DNA of 64,000 bases from Planctomycetota bacterium (GCA_038060895.1 JBBTCT010000001.1:320001-384000), one strand, 5' to 3'; positions 45,727 to 55,849 are shown, counted from the stretch's first letter. The notes: generated by a model not told the origin, from the sequence alone. Translations and numbers: made by a program.

Positions 45727-46455
45727 ATGCGCCGCACGACCTATTTCCGCTCCGCTGAGTTCGCCCGGATCCGCGCGCATCTCCTCGTGACCCTCACCGC
45801 CTGGGGCGCGCTCATGCTCCTCGCCCTGAAGGTCCAGTTCAACATGGCCGCCTGGGCTGACGACGCTTCGCCCGTCACCATCGCCTCGGAACGAGATCGC
45901 ACGCCGGCGGTGCAGAGCGATTACTACGGGGAATTGCTGAAGCGCGCTTCGGCAGGGCTCGGCGCGCCGGAGACGCTGGGGTACAACGATCTCATGGAGC
46001 GCCCGGCGGAGTGCCGCGGGCGGGTGGTCCGGCGTGAGGGCGTGATTTTCGGGGACGTCCGCAAGCTCCCGGTGGAGCCGGTGCCGCTCGCGCCCGGGGA
46101 AGCGCCGCCGGACACTTCGAAGGCCTGTGAAGCGGTGATCATGGACCCCGTGAGCGGCAAGACGGTTGCGGTGACGTTTCTCGAGCCGGGGGAGAAACCG
46201 GCGGCGCACGGGCGGATCGAGTTCGTCGGTGCGTTCTGGAAGATCGTGACATACACGAATCAGCGCGGCGACGTGGTTGCCGCGCCGTACCTCGTTGCGA
46301 AGACGTGGGTAGTCATGAAGCCGGAGAAACGCAGTCCGCTTCTCCCCATTCTGATGGGGCTGACAGGCGGTCTCGCGATCGCCTCCATCGTGATCGGCGC
46401 GCAGGCATCACGCCGCAAGGACGCATGCAAAAGCTCGAGCGACTCCGCGAAGTAA
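45727..46455 (+). CDS. Membrane-anchored hypothetical protein
   Basis: N- and C-terminal TM helices, RGRVVR.EG and GAFWKI..Y..APYLVA motifs. ATG at 45727. Confidence 0.7.
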   Translation: MRRTTYFRSAEFARIRAHLLVTLTAWGALMLLALKVQFNMAAWADDASPVTIASERDRTPAVQSDYYGELLKRASAGLGAPETLGYNDLMERPAECRGRVVRREGVIFGDVRKLPVEPVPLAPGEAPPDTSKACEAVIMDPVSGKTVAVTFLEPGEKPAAHGRIEFVGAFWKIVTYTNQRGDVVAAPYLVAKTWVVMKPEKRSPLLPILMGLTGGLAIASIVIGAQASRRKDACKSSSDSAK

Positions 46456-47228
46456 TCCGGCGGGCGCCCTCGGCGCTCGTCGCGTATTCGGGCGGCGTGG
46501 ACTCCACGCTGGTCGCGGCGGTGGCGCACGCGGAGCTGGGGAAGCGGGCGCAGGCGGTGCTCGCGGTCAGCGAGAGCCTCGCGCCGGACGAGGAGAAGTG
46601 GGCCGAGGACGCGGCGCGCGCGGGCGGGTTTCCGCTTCGCAAGATCCGCACGCACGAGCTCGAGCGGGGCGACTACGCGAAGAACCCGCCGAATCGGTGC
46701 TGGTTCTGCAAGAGCGAGCTGTACGAGATGCTGCGCGGGATTGCCGGGAAGGAGGGAATCGCGGAGATCCTGGACGGCCAGAACACCGACGACGTCGGCG
46801 ACTGGCGCCCGGGCTCGGCGGCGGCGACCGAGCAGGGAGTTCGAAGCCCGCTGAAGGAAGCCGGCTTCAGCAAGGCCGACGTGCGAGAAGCAGCGCGCGC
46901 GCTGGGACTCCCGAATTGGGACAAACCCGCGGCGCCGTGCCTGTCGAGCCGCTTCCCGTACGGAACGGCCATCACGCCGGAGAAGTTGAAACAGGTCAGC
47001 GAAGCGGAAGCGTTCCTGCGGAGCCTGGGTTTCCGTGAGTTCCGGGTGAGACATCACGACGCGGTGGCGCGGATCGAGGTGAAGCCTGCGGAGCTGGCGA
47101 AGGTGTTCGAACTGCGGGCGGCGATTGCGGCTGGCTTGCGAGGGATCGGGTATGCGTGGGTGTCGGTCGATCTTGAGGGGATGGTGAGCGGAGGGATGAA
47201 CCGGGTGATCGGGAAGGGGCCGGGGTAG
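46425..47228 (+). CDS. larE: ATP-dependent sacrificial sulfur transferase LarE (PP-loop)
   Basis: AYSGGVDS, NRCWFCK, DGQN.DD..DWRPG, DKPAAPCLSSRFPYG, FRVRHH. Confidence 0.92.
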   Translation: MQKLERLREVIRRAPSALVAYSGGVDSTLVAAVAHAELGKRAQAVLAVSESLAPDEEKWAEDAARAGGFPLRKIRTHELERGDYAKNPPNRCWFCKSELYEMLRGIAGKEGIAEILDGQNTDDVGDWRPGSAAATEQGVRSPLKEAGFSKADVREAARALGLPNWDKPAAPCLSSRFPYGTAITPEKLKQVSEAEAFLRSLGFREFRVRHHDAVARIEVKPAELAKVFELRAAIAAGLRGIGYAWVSVDLEGMVSGGMNRVIGKGPG

Positions 47229-47238
47229 AGGCAGGCTT

Positions 47239-47361
47239 TATCCGCGGCTGTTTCCGCGAAATTCGCTTTCATCCGCGTATTCCTTTGTCGGATTCCTCCT
47301 GTCTCAAGCGAAAAACAGAATTCGCGGATAAAGGCGAATTTCGCGGAAACGGCCGCGGATA
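47239..47361. repeat. Long inverted repeat (44-bp arms)
   Basis: TATCCGCGGCTGTTTCCGCGAAATTCGCTTTCATCCGCGTATTC (47239-47282) vs 47318-47361, 4 mismatches. Confidence 0.85.
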
Positions 47362-47385
47362 CGACCACTTTTCCCGGAGATCCCC

Positions 47386-49290
47386 TTGACTCGCCCCACC
47401 CTAGGCCAGAAGCTTCGATACGCCTTCGACAACTCCATGTCGCGCGGGACGATCGCACTCATTGCGTGGCTGGGAGCGGTGACGGCGGCGTTCCTCCTGT
47501 TTGCTTCGGTCCTGGTGTTTGTTGCGGGACTCGCGCCGGAGGGCGCGGGACCGGAAAAGCGCGAGTTCGCACAGATCTTCTGGGACGGACTCATGCGCAC
47601 ACTCGACCCGGGAACGATGGGCGCCGACGCGGGGAGCTGGCCTTTCAGGTTCTCCATGCTTGGCATCACGCTTGGCGGCATCTTCATCGTCAGCACGCTG
47701 ATCGGCGTCCTGACGAGCGGCATCCAGGGGCGCCTGGGCGAGCTCCGCAAAGGACGGTCCAGGGTGATCGAAGAGCGGCACACCGTCATCCTGGGCTGGT
47801 CGGCGCAGGTCTTTTCGATCATATCCGAACTGGTGGAGGCCAACGCGAACCAGCGGCGCCCCTGCATCGTCGTGATGGGCGAGAAGGACAAGGTGGAGAT
47901 GGAGGACGCGATCCGCGCGAACGTGCCGAGCACGAAGAACACGCGCGTCGTGTGCCGGACGGGTAGCCCGATCGACCTGGGCGACCTCGACATGGTGAGC
48001 GTGCAGACCACGAAGTCGATCATCGTGCTGGCAGGAGAAGCGGAAGACCCGGACGCGAGCGTGATCAAGACGATCCTCGCGATCACCAACGGCCCCAACC
48101 GCCGCAAGGAGCCCTACCACATCGTGGCGGAGCTTCACGACCCCAGGAATCTCCAGGCCGCGCGCATGGTCGGGAAGGACGAGGCGGAAATCGTGCTCGT
48201 GGGAGATCTGATCTCGCGCATCACGGTGCAGACATGCCGCCAGAGCGGACTGTCGGTCGTGCACACGGAGTTGCTCGATTTCGGCGGGGACGAGATCTAT
48301 TTCAAGGAAGAACCGGCACTTGTTGGAAAAACGTTCGGTGAGGCGCTTCATGCCTACGAAGATTCCTCGGTCATCGGCCTGCGCCGCGCGGACGGCACGG
48401 TTCAGCTCAATCCGCCGATGGACAGCCGCATCGGGGCCGGCGACAAGGTCGTCGCGATCTCCGAGGACGATGACACGATTCGCCTCTCGGGCAGGAGCGA
48501 CTTCGGCATCGAAGAGACCGCGATCCGCACGGGCTCGATCCCGCCGGCGAAACCCGAGCGCACGCTCATCATCGGCTGGAACTGGCGGGCTCCCGGCATC
48601 GTCGCGGGTCTCGACGCCTACGTCGCACCGGGGTCAACCGTCAGGATTCTCGCCGAGTCCGAGAACGGCAAGGCCCTCCTCCAGCAGCATTGCGCCGGCC
48701 TCAAAAATCTGGTGTACGAGTTCCGGCACGGCGACACGACCGACCGCCGCACGATCGAAGGCGCCGAACCTCGCGAGTTCGACCACATCATCATCCTCTG
48801 CAGCGACGGCATCACGCAGGAGAAGGCCGACTGCCGCGTCCTCATCACGCTGCTTCACCTCCGGGACATGGCGGAGAAGGGCAAGTGCGAGTTTTCGATC
48901 GTCAGCGAGATTCTCGATGTCCGCAACCGGGCCCTCGCTGAGGTCACGAACGCCGACGACTTCATCGTCAGCCACAAACTGGTCAGCCTCATGCTTTCCC
49001 AGATCTCCGAGAACAAGGAAATCCACGCGGTCCTGGCGGACCTCTTCGACCCCGAGGGATCCGAGATCTACGTCAAGCCCGCCACCAATTACGTCGCCGC
49101 CGGGCAACCCTTCAGCTTCCACACCGTCGTCGAGGCCGCCCGCCGCCGAGGCGAAATCGCCATCGGCTACAAGCTCGCCGCCCTCCGGCGCGACGCCTCG
49201 CGCTCGTACGGCGTCGTCGTCAATCCCGACAAGTCGGGGAAGATCACGCTGGCCGCGGAGGATCGCGTCATCGTGGTAGCCGAGAACTAG
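47386..49290 (+). CDS. CASTOR/POLLUX-related cation channel with tandem RCK domains
   Basis: LRYAFDN.MSRG, pore TLDPGTMG, GRSRVIE..HTVILGW, ELLDFGGDEIY, LFDPEGSEIY. TTG start with GGAG SD. Confidence 0.88.
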   Translation: MTRPTLGQKLRYAFDNSMSRGTIALIAWLGAVTAAFLLFASVLVFVAGLAPEGAGPEKREFAQIFWDGLMRTLDPGTMGADAGSWPFRFSMLGITLGGIFIVSTLIGVLTSGIQGRLGELRKGRSRVIEERHTVILGWSAQVFSIISELVEANANQRRPCIVVMGEKDKVEMEDAIRANVPSTKNTRVVCRTGSPIDLGDLDMVSVQTTKSIIVLAGEAEDPDASVIKTILAITNGPNRRKEPYHIVAELHDPRNLQAARMVGKDEAEIVLVGDLISRITVQTCRQSGLSVVHTELLDFGGDEIYFKEEPALVGKTFGEALHAYEDSSVIGLRRADGTVQLNPPMDSRIGAGDKVVAISEDDDTIRLSGRSDFGIEETAIRTGSIPPAKPERTLIIGWNWRAPGIVAGLDAYVAPGSTVRILAESENGKALLQQHCAGLKNLVYEFRHGDTTDRRTIEGAEPREFDHIIILCSDGITQEKADCRVLITLLHLRDMAEKGKCEFSIVSEILDVRNRALAEVTNADDFIVSHKLVSLMLSQISENKEIHAVLADLFDPEGSEIYVKPATNYVAAGQPFSFHTVVEAARRRGEIAIGYKLAALRRDASRSYGVVVNPDKSGKITLAAEDRVIVVAEN

Positions 49291-49291
49291 G

Positions 49292-49373
49292 GGGTAGTGG
49301 GTAGCAGGTAGGAGGTAGGAACAGCCCCACGAGAGATTGTCTTTTCTACCTCCTACCCACTACCAACTACCCA
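49292..49373. repeat. Inverted pair of heptamer arrays ((RGGTAGN)4 / (CTACCNN)4)
   Basis: GGGTAGT GGGTAGC AGGTAGG AGGTAGG ... CTACCTC CTACCCA CTACCAA CTACCCA. Confidence 0.8.
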
Positions 49374-49422
49374 CCGCCTTCCCTTTCATATTCCTCCCCC
49401 GTCCCCCAGACTTCCTCCACCG

Positions 49423-51042
49423 ATGTTCCCCATCTTCACTTCGCTCGCGGCATTCTCCCTCGCACTCTGCTGGTCCCCGGAGTGGGCGACCCCATTATTC
49501 GATGCGCGCGTCTCCTGTTTCGGGGTCGCTGCCCTACTGCTGATCCAGGTCCTCTCCGGCGCCGCCTACGGGCGCGAAGTCCGCCGCCGCTTGCCGGGCG
49601 AGCCGGGAGAATTCCGCGTCCGCCGGCTCGCACGCGCAGAAAACGCCTACCGCTTCCTCGGCCTCGCCCTCTACGCCTCCGCCGTCGCCAACCTGAACTG
49701 GCCGCGCGTCGCCTGGCAGACCTGGCACCTCGGAGGCATCCCCGGCGTCTCTCTCGCCGCCGCCCTCTCTCCATACTTCCTGTTTCTCCTCGCCACCTCC
49801 GTCGGCATCGCCCGCGCCTGGCGCTCCTCGTCCGGCGAGGGCCCCTCGATCCGCGTCGTCCTTGCCTCAGAAGCCCGACTCGCCGCCCTGCCGTTTGTCC
49901 CCGCCTTCCTCATCGTCACCGGCATCGACCTCCTCTCGCTTAATCGCGGCATCCGCCTTCTCCTCGGCTCCGTCCCCTTCACAGGCATCGCCCTCCTCGC
50001 CGCCATCATGGTCGTCACCCTCCTCACCTCCCCTTCGTGGATGCCCCTCGTCCTCCGCGCCCGCCCCTTCCCCGACAGCCCTCTCCGCTCCGACCTCATC
50101 CGCCTCTGCGAACGCGCCGGCGTCACCACCCCCGCTTTCTGGATCTGGCCCTCAGCCGACTCCGGCTCCGTCAACGCCATGGTCGTCGGCATCCGCTCGC
50201 GCGGCCGCGCCGTGTTCTTCACCGAATCCATGCTCCAATCCCTCAGCGCCGACGAACTCGGCGCCGTCCTCGCCCACGAACTCGGACACGTCCGCTACCG
50301 CCACGCCGCCGTCTACGCCTGCTTCGCCATGGGCGCCGTTGCCGCCGTCGCCGCCGCCGAAGCCGCACTCTCCCACCTCGACTCCGACCTCTCACGCACC
50401 ACCCTCGTCGCCGCCCTCGCCGCCTCCATCGCCGCCACCTTCGGCGCCTTCTACCGCCGATTCGAACGCCAGGCCGACCTCTTCGCCGCACGCCTCGTCC
50501 CCGCCAATGTCTTCATCGCCACCCTCGAGAAAGTCGCGTCCCTCTCAGGCAACGTCCGCAAAGTCTGGTCCTTCACCCACACGTCCATCGAACAGCGCGT
50601 CAATTTTCTCCTCGAAGCGGGCCTGCGCCCCGAATCCGCCGCGCGCTTCGAGCACCGCCTTTCCAAAGCCGTCCTCGCCGGCCTCGTCGTGGCCGCGTTC
50701 GCCGGCGGCGCCGGCATCTGGACGGCCGTCAAGCAGGTCGCCGCCGCGCCGGTCGAGAGGGCGAAGCTGGAAGCGGAGGAATCGGCGGGGGAAGCGCGGC
50801 TGGCGTGGGAGAAAGGCGAGCGGGACGGCGCGATCGGGAAGGCGGCAGAGGCGGCCAAAGGAGACGCGAAGTGGGAACTGCTGGTGGCGGACATGCTGTT
50901 CGAGGCCGGGAGGGCGGCGGAGGCAAGGCCGCACTACGAGAGGGCGAAGCGTGAGTGGCGGGACGGGACGGAAGAGAGGGCGGAGATTGAGGAACGGCTG
51001 GAGCTGATCCGGGGGATCGAGGAGAGGGCGCGGAGGAAATGA
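49423..51042 (+). CDS. M48 family (Ste24/HtpX-like) membrane zinc metalloprotease with C-terminal TPR-like tail
   Basis: Multiple TM helices, VNAMVVG, AVLAHELGH, FERQADLFA, TH.SIEQRV. Confidence 0.88.
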   Translation: MFPIFTSLAAFSLALCWSPEWATPLFDARVSCFGVAALLLIQVLSGAAYGREVRRRLPGEPGEFRVRRLARAENAYRFLGLALYASAVANLNWPRVAWQTWHLGGIPGVSLAAALSPYFLFLLATSVGIARAWRSSSGEGPSIRVVLASEARLAALPFVPAFLIVTGIDLLSLNRGIRLLLGSVPFTGIALLAAIMVVTLLTSPSWMPLVLRARPFPDSPLRSDLIRLCERAGVTTPAFWIWPSADSGSVNAMVVGIRSRGRAVFFTESMLQSLSADELGAVLAHELGHVRYRHAAVYACFAMGAVAAVAAAEAALSHLDSDLSRTTLVAALAASIAATFGAFYRRFERQADLFAARLVPANVFIATLEKVASLSGNVRKVWSFTHTSIEQRVNFLLEAGLRPESAARFEHRLSKAVLAGLVVAAFAGGAGIWTAVKQVAAAPVERAKLEAEESAGEARLAWEKGERDGAIGKAAEAAKGDAKWELLVADMLFEAGRAAEARPHYERAKREWRDGTEERAEIEERLELIRGIEERARRK

Positions 51043-51091
51043 ACGGATGAATGTCCCATTCTCCGTTCGGCGGCGGGCTACAATCCGCGCC

Positions 51092-52636
51092 ATGAAGACC
51101 GCGGCCCGGCTCCTGCTTTCGCTTGCGCTGCCGATGTTTGCGTTCGCCGGGGACGACACCGTCGTCGAGGGCGACGCGGGGAAAGCGCTCGACGCGGCGG
51201 TTCAGGCGGATCCGGAGAAGCCCTTCTGGGGCGCCGTCCTCGTGGCTAAGGACGGCAAGGTCCTCCTCGCGAAAGGCTATGGCGAAGCGGACTACAAGAA
51301 AGCCCCCATCACGCCCCGCACGCTGTTCGAAATCGCCTCGGCGAGCAAGATGTTCACCGCCATCGCGATCCTCAAACTCGAGATGCAGGGCAAGCTCGCG
51401 ACGACCGACCCGATTTCGAAGTTCTTCAAGGGCGTTCCTGCCGACAAGAAGGCGATCACCGTCCAGCACCTCGTCAACCACACGTCCGGCATTTCGGGCG
51501 AAGCGATCCTCGGGTACCACTCGCGCGAGACGGCCGACGAATTCGTCGCGCTGGCCATGAAGCGCCCGCTCGCGTCGAAGATCGGCGAGACGTTCGAATA
51601 CAGCAATCCCGGGTACGCACTTCTCGGCGTCATCATCGAGAAGGCCTCGGGGAAGAAGTTCGAGGAGTACCTGCGGGAAAACCTCTTCAAGCCTGCGGGC
51701 ATGAAGGACACCGGTTTCTGCCAGGACAAATCGCTCGACGCCTCGCGCGCGACGGTGCGCCGCGACTCGCGCGACGGGAACAAGGACGTCGGCACGGCGA
51801 TCGAGTGGGGCTGGAGCTGGGGCTACCGCGGCATGGGCGGCATCGTCACGACGGTGTACGACCTGTGGCGCTTCGACAAGGCGATGCGCGGCGACGCGAT
51901 CCTGGACGCCGCCGCGAAAACAAAACATCGGACTCCGGCGCTGGACAACTACGGCTGCGGCTGCCTCGTCGGGACCTCGGCCGGCGGGCAGGCGACGATC
52001 TCCCACTCGGGCTCCGTCGCGGGCTTCCTCTGCGACTACGTCCGCTTCCCCGACGACGACGCCGTCGTGATCGTTCTGTCAAACGACGCGGGCGATCCGT
52101 TCGGCGTCGTGCGACGCCTTTCGGCGACGATCTTCCGGCCGCCGACGGCGACGCTCGCGATCGACGTGAAGGGCCGGCAGCTGGACGAATACGGTTCTCT
52201 CTGGTTTCCCGGCGATGCGGCGTGGAAGGCCGCGAAGACCGGGGGCGGCGTTTCCGTCTCGCTCGGGGCGAAGGACGGCCCGCCCCCCTTGACCGCCACC
52301 CTCAGCGTGGAGAGCGCCGCGGCGTTCCTGAAGCAACTGCAGGGTCAGATCGACGCCCACGCGAAGGCCGGCGCCAAGGAAGATGACTCTCTTCGCGCCG
52401 GGGTCTTCACGGGCGACCTCAAGCTCAAGGAGGGGCGCGGCGAACTGAAGGAGGCGGAAATCGTGATCAAACCCTGCTACGACGCCCGGGACGCAGACGG
52501 AAAGAGGTGGTTCGACGCCCGCATGACGCTCGCGTTCAACGACCCGGTGTCCGGCCAGCAGGCCTTCATGGCCTATCTCGGCCTGACCTCCGCCCGCCAG
52601 CTCGCAGCCGCGCTGAAAGGCGCCCTCGCGAAATAA
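51092..52636 (+). CDS. Serine hydrolase, beta-lactamase/PBP (class C/S12) family
   Basis: SASK (SxxK), LVNHTSG, YSN, HSG. Signal peptide from ATG 51092. Confidence 0.9.
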   Translation: MKTAARLLLSLALPMFAFAGDDTVVEGDAGKALDAAVQADPEKPFWGAVLVAKDGKVLLAKGYGEADYKKAPITPRTLFEIASASKMFTAIAILKLEMQGKLATTDPISKFFKGVPADKKAITVQHLVNHTSGISGEAILGYHSRETADEFVALAMKRPLASKIGETFEYSNPGYALLGVIIEKASGKKFEEYLRENLFKPAGMKDTGFCQDKSLDASRATVRRDSRDGNKDVGTAIEWGWSWGYRGMGGIVTTVYDLWRFDKAMRGDAILDAAAKTKHRTPALDNYGCGCLVGTSAGGQATISHSGSVAGFLCDYVRFPDDDAVVIVLSNDAGDPFGVVRRLSATIFRPPTATLAIDVKGRQLDEYGSLWFPGDAAWKAAKTGGGVSVSLGAKDGPPPLTATLSVESAAAFLKQLQGQIDAHAKAGAKEDDSLRAGVFTGDLKLKEGRGELKEAEIVIKPCYDARDADGKRWFDARMTLAFNDPVSGQQAFMAYLGLTSARQLAAALKGALAK

Positions 52637-52637
52637 C

Positions 52638-53318
52638 ATGCGCGCCTCCCTCCTCCTGCTTCTGTTCGCCCTCCCCGCCGCCGCAGCGGACCCGTTTGAG
52701 GGCCTCAAGCGCCTCGACCGCGTCACCGTGACCGACAAGGACGGCGACACCGTGCGCGGGATCGTCCGCTCGATCCTGCGCGGCCGGATGTCACTCCAGA
52801 TCGAAGGGCGCGAAGGGCTGACGGGGTCGCTGGTCTTCGAGCGCAAGTCGGTCCGCAAAATCGAGAAAACCGGGATCGCGACCGAGGAGGAGCTGAAAGC
52901 TGCTTCGGAGCCCGAAGCTCCTCCCCCCGAGGGACTCGTGGAGCCCGAACGAGTTGCGTCGAAGGTTGAGGCGCCTCCCGCTCCGCCGAGGCCCGTCCTC
53001 GAAGCATTTCCGACGACGACCTGGTCCTCATCGCGACACGATGAGATCGCCCTGAAGGACGCCTATCTCCGGTCCGCCGACGAACGCGAGTTCCTCGCGC
53101 GCATCGGCGAATGGACTGCGGCGGTCGCTGCCCTGAATCGGGAAATGCGGCTAGCTCTCATTCGCAGATTCCCGCCGGGTGAGCTGTGGAATCAGGCGAC
53201 CTTTGACAGATTGCGCGTCTTGATGGCTGTCATCGGCCGCGAGCTCACCGCTGAAGAGAAGGATTTCGTCAGTCATTTTGAAGCGTGGAGAACTGCGATG
53301 GAAGAGACCGCGCGATAG
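52638..53318 (+). CDS. Secreted hypothetical protein
   Basis: Signal peptide MRASLLLLLFALPAAA. Starts 1 nt after the upstream stop. Confidence 0.7.
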   Translation: MRASLLLLLFALPAAAADPFEGLKRLDRVTVTDKDGDTVRGIVRSILRGRMSLQIEGREGLTGSLVFERKSVRKIEKTGIATEEELKAASEPEAPPPEGLVEPERVASKVEAPPAPPRPVLEAFPTTTWSSSRHDEIALKDAYLRSADEREFLARIGEWTAAVAALNREMRLALIRRFPPGELWNQATFDRLRVLMAVIGRELTAEEKDFVSHFEAWRTAMEETAR

Positions 53319-53403
53319 CGCTACGGTTGCAGAAATGGCCCGCGCAAGACTGGATCCCCGATTGTTTGCAGCAAGGCTCCGCAAGCCCTTAACCTGACTC
53401 GCT

Positions 53404-55500
53404 GTGGAGTATCAAGGGCACACGCTGGACGAATTTCAGGTGCGCGCGGTCCAGGCGATCGACCGCGGCGAATCCGTGCTTGTCAGCGCGCCGACCGGAG
53501 CCGGGAAGACGCTGATCGCGGAGTATGCGCTCGAGAAATGCCTGAATGAAGGCAAGCGCGTGATCTACACCGCGCCGATCAAGGCCCTTTCGAACCAGAA
53601 GTACCGCGATTTCACCGGGACGTACGGCGAACGCATCGGCCTCGTGACCGGCGACGTCGTCATCAACCAGCACGCGCAGGTCCTGATCATGACCACCGAA
53701 ATCCTGCGCAACACGATCTTCGACGACCCCGAGCGGCTCTCGGACGTGGCCTTCGTGATCTTCGACGAGATTCACTTCATGGACGACCGCGAGCGCGGCA
53801 CCGTCTGGGAGGAATCGATCATCTTCGCGCCCGAGCACATCCAGATCATCGGGCTGTCGGCAACCGTGGCCAATCTGACCTCTTTTGCGGCGTGGATCCG
53901 GAAAACGCGCAAGGCGAAACTCGAGGTCATCATCGAGACGAACCGGCCGGTGCCTCTCAAACACCTGCTGGTCCTGAACGGGCACGGGATCGGCAATCTC
54001 AAGGACCTGAAGCGGCTGGAGGACGAGACGACGACTCCTGTGGGCCCGCGCCCGGCGGGGTGGCATCGCGCGACGGAGCCGGAGCACCCGACGCGGGATT
54101 CGGCGAGGTGGGGCCCCCACTCGTGGCGGCGGCTGCTGATGGACAACATCCAGCACGACAATCGGCTGCCGGTGATCTGGTTCATCTTCAATCGCCGCGA
54201 GTGCGAAGAGCGCGCCAACGACATGGCGCACCGGGAGCTGCTCAACGGCTCGGAAAAGGAAATCATCCTGCGGCTCTTCGACGAGTGGGCCGGCAAGTAC
54301 GGCGTCGAGGGGGACAAGGCTGTCGCGGAGATGCGGCGGCTCGTGGCACGCGGGATCGCGTTCCACCACGCCGGCCTGCTGCCGACTCTCAAGGACATCG
54401 TCGAGCGCATCTTTACCGCGGGTCTGATCAAGCTCATCTTCACGACGGAAACCTTCGCGCTCGGCATCAACATGCCTGCGCGCACCGTCGTCTTCGACGC
54501 TCTCACGAAATTCGACGGCATCCGCCGCGGCCCTCTCATGGCCCGCGAGTACATGCAGATGGCCGGCCGCGCCGGCCGCCGCGGCATGGACGAGGTCGGG
54601 TTCGTCTACTCGAACGTCGAGTATCCCTACGCACGCTTCAATGCCGTCAACCGCACCATCGACGGCGAGATCGAGCCGATCCACTCGCAGTTCAACCTCT
54701 CCTACGCCACCCTGCTCAACCTCTGGCAGCAGATCGGCAAGAACATCTTCAAGGCCTGCGACAACTCGTTCGCGAACTTCGGCGCCCCCGAGATCGTCGC
54801 GCCGCCCCCGCAATCGATCCGCAGCTCACGCCGGAAGCGCCGCGGCAAGCACGGACCGCATTCGCAGCCGCCTCCAATTCACACAGGCGGCTCATACCGG
54901 GGCATGGTCGAGCAGGTCCGCCGCCGCCTGGCGCTCCTCGAGCGCATGGGCTACACGAAGGACCGCGAGCTGACCCCGAAAGGCATCTTCGCCAAGCAGA
55001 TCTACGGTTACGAAATCCAGGTCGCGGAATTCATCGAAGCGGGAATCCTGTCGCGCCTGACCGAGGACCAGCTCAACGTCCTCTTCAATGCGATCGTCTT
55101 CGAAGCCCGCAAGGGCGACTGGTTCCGTCCGCTCGCGAAGGAGCTGATGCGCCCCTGGAAATTCAAGGCGCTCGACCTCGTCGAAAAGACCCGCAATCTC
55201 GAAGGCGAATTCGGCATCACGACGCCCACCAAGGAAATGGACTACCGCATGGCGTCCTGCATCTGGGCGTGGAGCCGCGGCTGCCCGTTCGCGGACCTCG
55301 AAGCGCACACTTCCCTGTCGGACGGCGACATGGTGCGCTACATGCGCCTGGGCGTGCAGCTCCAGCGGCAGACGGTCCGCGCGCTGATGGACTACCCGCA
55401 CTTCGCGAACGATCCGTACCTCGCGGAAAAGCTGAAGACGGCTGCGGCGAAAGTGAGTCGCGACGTTGTGGATGCGGAGAAGCAGCTGAGGCAGGGATAG
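53404..55500 (+). CDS. Ski2-like DEAD/DEAH-box RNA helicase (HelY-like, DSHCT domain)
   Basis: APTGAGKT, PIKALSNQK, DEIH, LSAT, HHAGL, TETFALGINMPA, QMAGRAGRRG, C-terminal W..G..F...GD.VR. Confidence 0.93.
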   Translation: MEYQGHTLDEFQVRAVQAIDRGESVLVSAPTGAGKTLIAEYALEKCLNEGKRVIYTAPIKALSNQKYRDFTGTYGERIGLVTGDVVINQHAQVLIMTTEILRNTIFDDPERLSDVAFVIFDEIHFMDDRERGTVWEESIIFAPEHIQIIGLSATVANLTSFAAWIRKTRKAKLEVIIETNRPVPLKHLLVLNGHGIGNLKDLKRLEDETTTPVGPRPAGWHRATEPEHPTRDSARWGPHSWRRLLMDNIQHDNRLPVIWFIFNRRECEERANDMAHRELLNGSEKEIILRLFDEWAGKYGVEGDKAVAEMRRLVARGIAFHHAGLLPTLKDIVERIFTAGLIKLIFTTETFALGINMPARTVVFDALTKFDGIRRGPLMAREYMQMAGRAGRRGMDEVGFVYSNVEYPYARFNAVNRTIDGEIEPIHSQFNLSYATLLNLWQQIGKNIFKACDNSFANFGAPEIVAPPPQSIRSSRRKRRGKHGPHSQPPPIHTGGSYRGMVEQVRRRLALLERMGYTKDRELTPKGIFAKQIYGYEIQVAEFIEAGILSRLTEDQLNVLFNAIVFEARKGDWFRPLAKELMRPWKFKALDLVEKTRNLEGEFGITTPTKEMDYRMASCIWAWSRGCPFADLEAHTSLSDGDMVRYMRLGVQLQRQTVRALMDYPHFANDPYLAEKLKTAAAKVSRDVVDAEKQLRQG

Positions 55501-55579
55501 TGGCGCTGAAGGAAGTCAGCGCGTCCCCTCGCAAAGAGAGAGAACTGGTGATCCTGCCGTGAAGCTATAATCGTTTCCG

Positions 55580-55849
55580 ATGAAGAGAATTGAAGACACA
55601 TACGAAGGCCGTTTTGTTCATGGCCGCGTGGAATGGAAGGGCGGGAAACCGCCGCCTGAAGGCGCCCGTGTCGAAGCTCTGGGCAAGACGCGTGGCGGGA
55701 AGTCCCGTAAGCGGTCTGTGGGCGGTCGAGTCTCTGCAGGTCGGGACATCTGGCAGGTCCTGAGGAAATTCGAAGGAAAGGCCGCAAGCCTGCCCGCGGA
55801 TCTCGGCCCGAACCTGGATCACTACCTCTACGGAGTTCCGCGCAAGTGA
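55580..55849 (+). CDS. Putative antitoxin of PIN toxin
   Basis: 89 aa, GTGA overlap with the PIN gene, C-terminal LPADL..NLDHYLYG motif typical of PIN-associated antitoxins. Confidence 0.75.
   Translation: MKRIEDTYEGRFVHGRVEWKGGKPPPEGARVEALGKTRGGKSRKRSVGGRVSAGRDIWQVLRKFEGKAASLPADLGPNLDHYLYGVPRK

Noticed and set aside
38582-49373. CRISPR array or integron attC cassettes
   Set aside because: The palindromes are unrelated to each other in sequence, not regularly spaced and lack consistent RYYYAAC/GTTRRRY ends. No cas or integrase gene is present.
53404-55500. Helicase as part of an anti-phage system
   Set aside because: It looks like a standard HelY/DSHCT housekeeping RNA helicase with host-like codon usage, and the adjacent TA pair has its own promoter.
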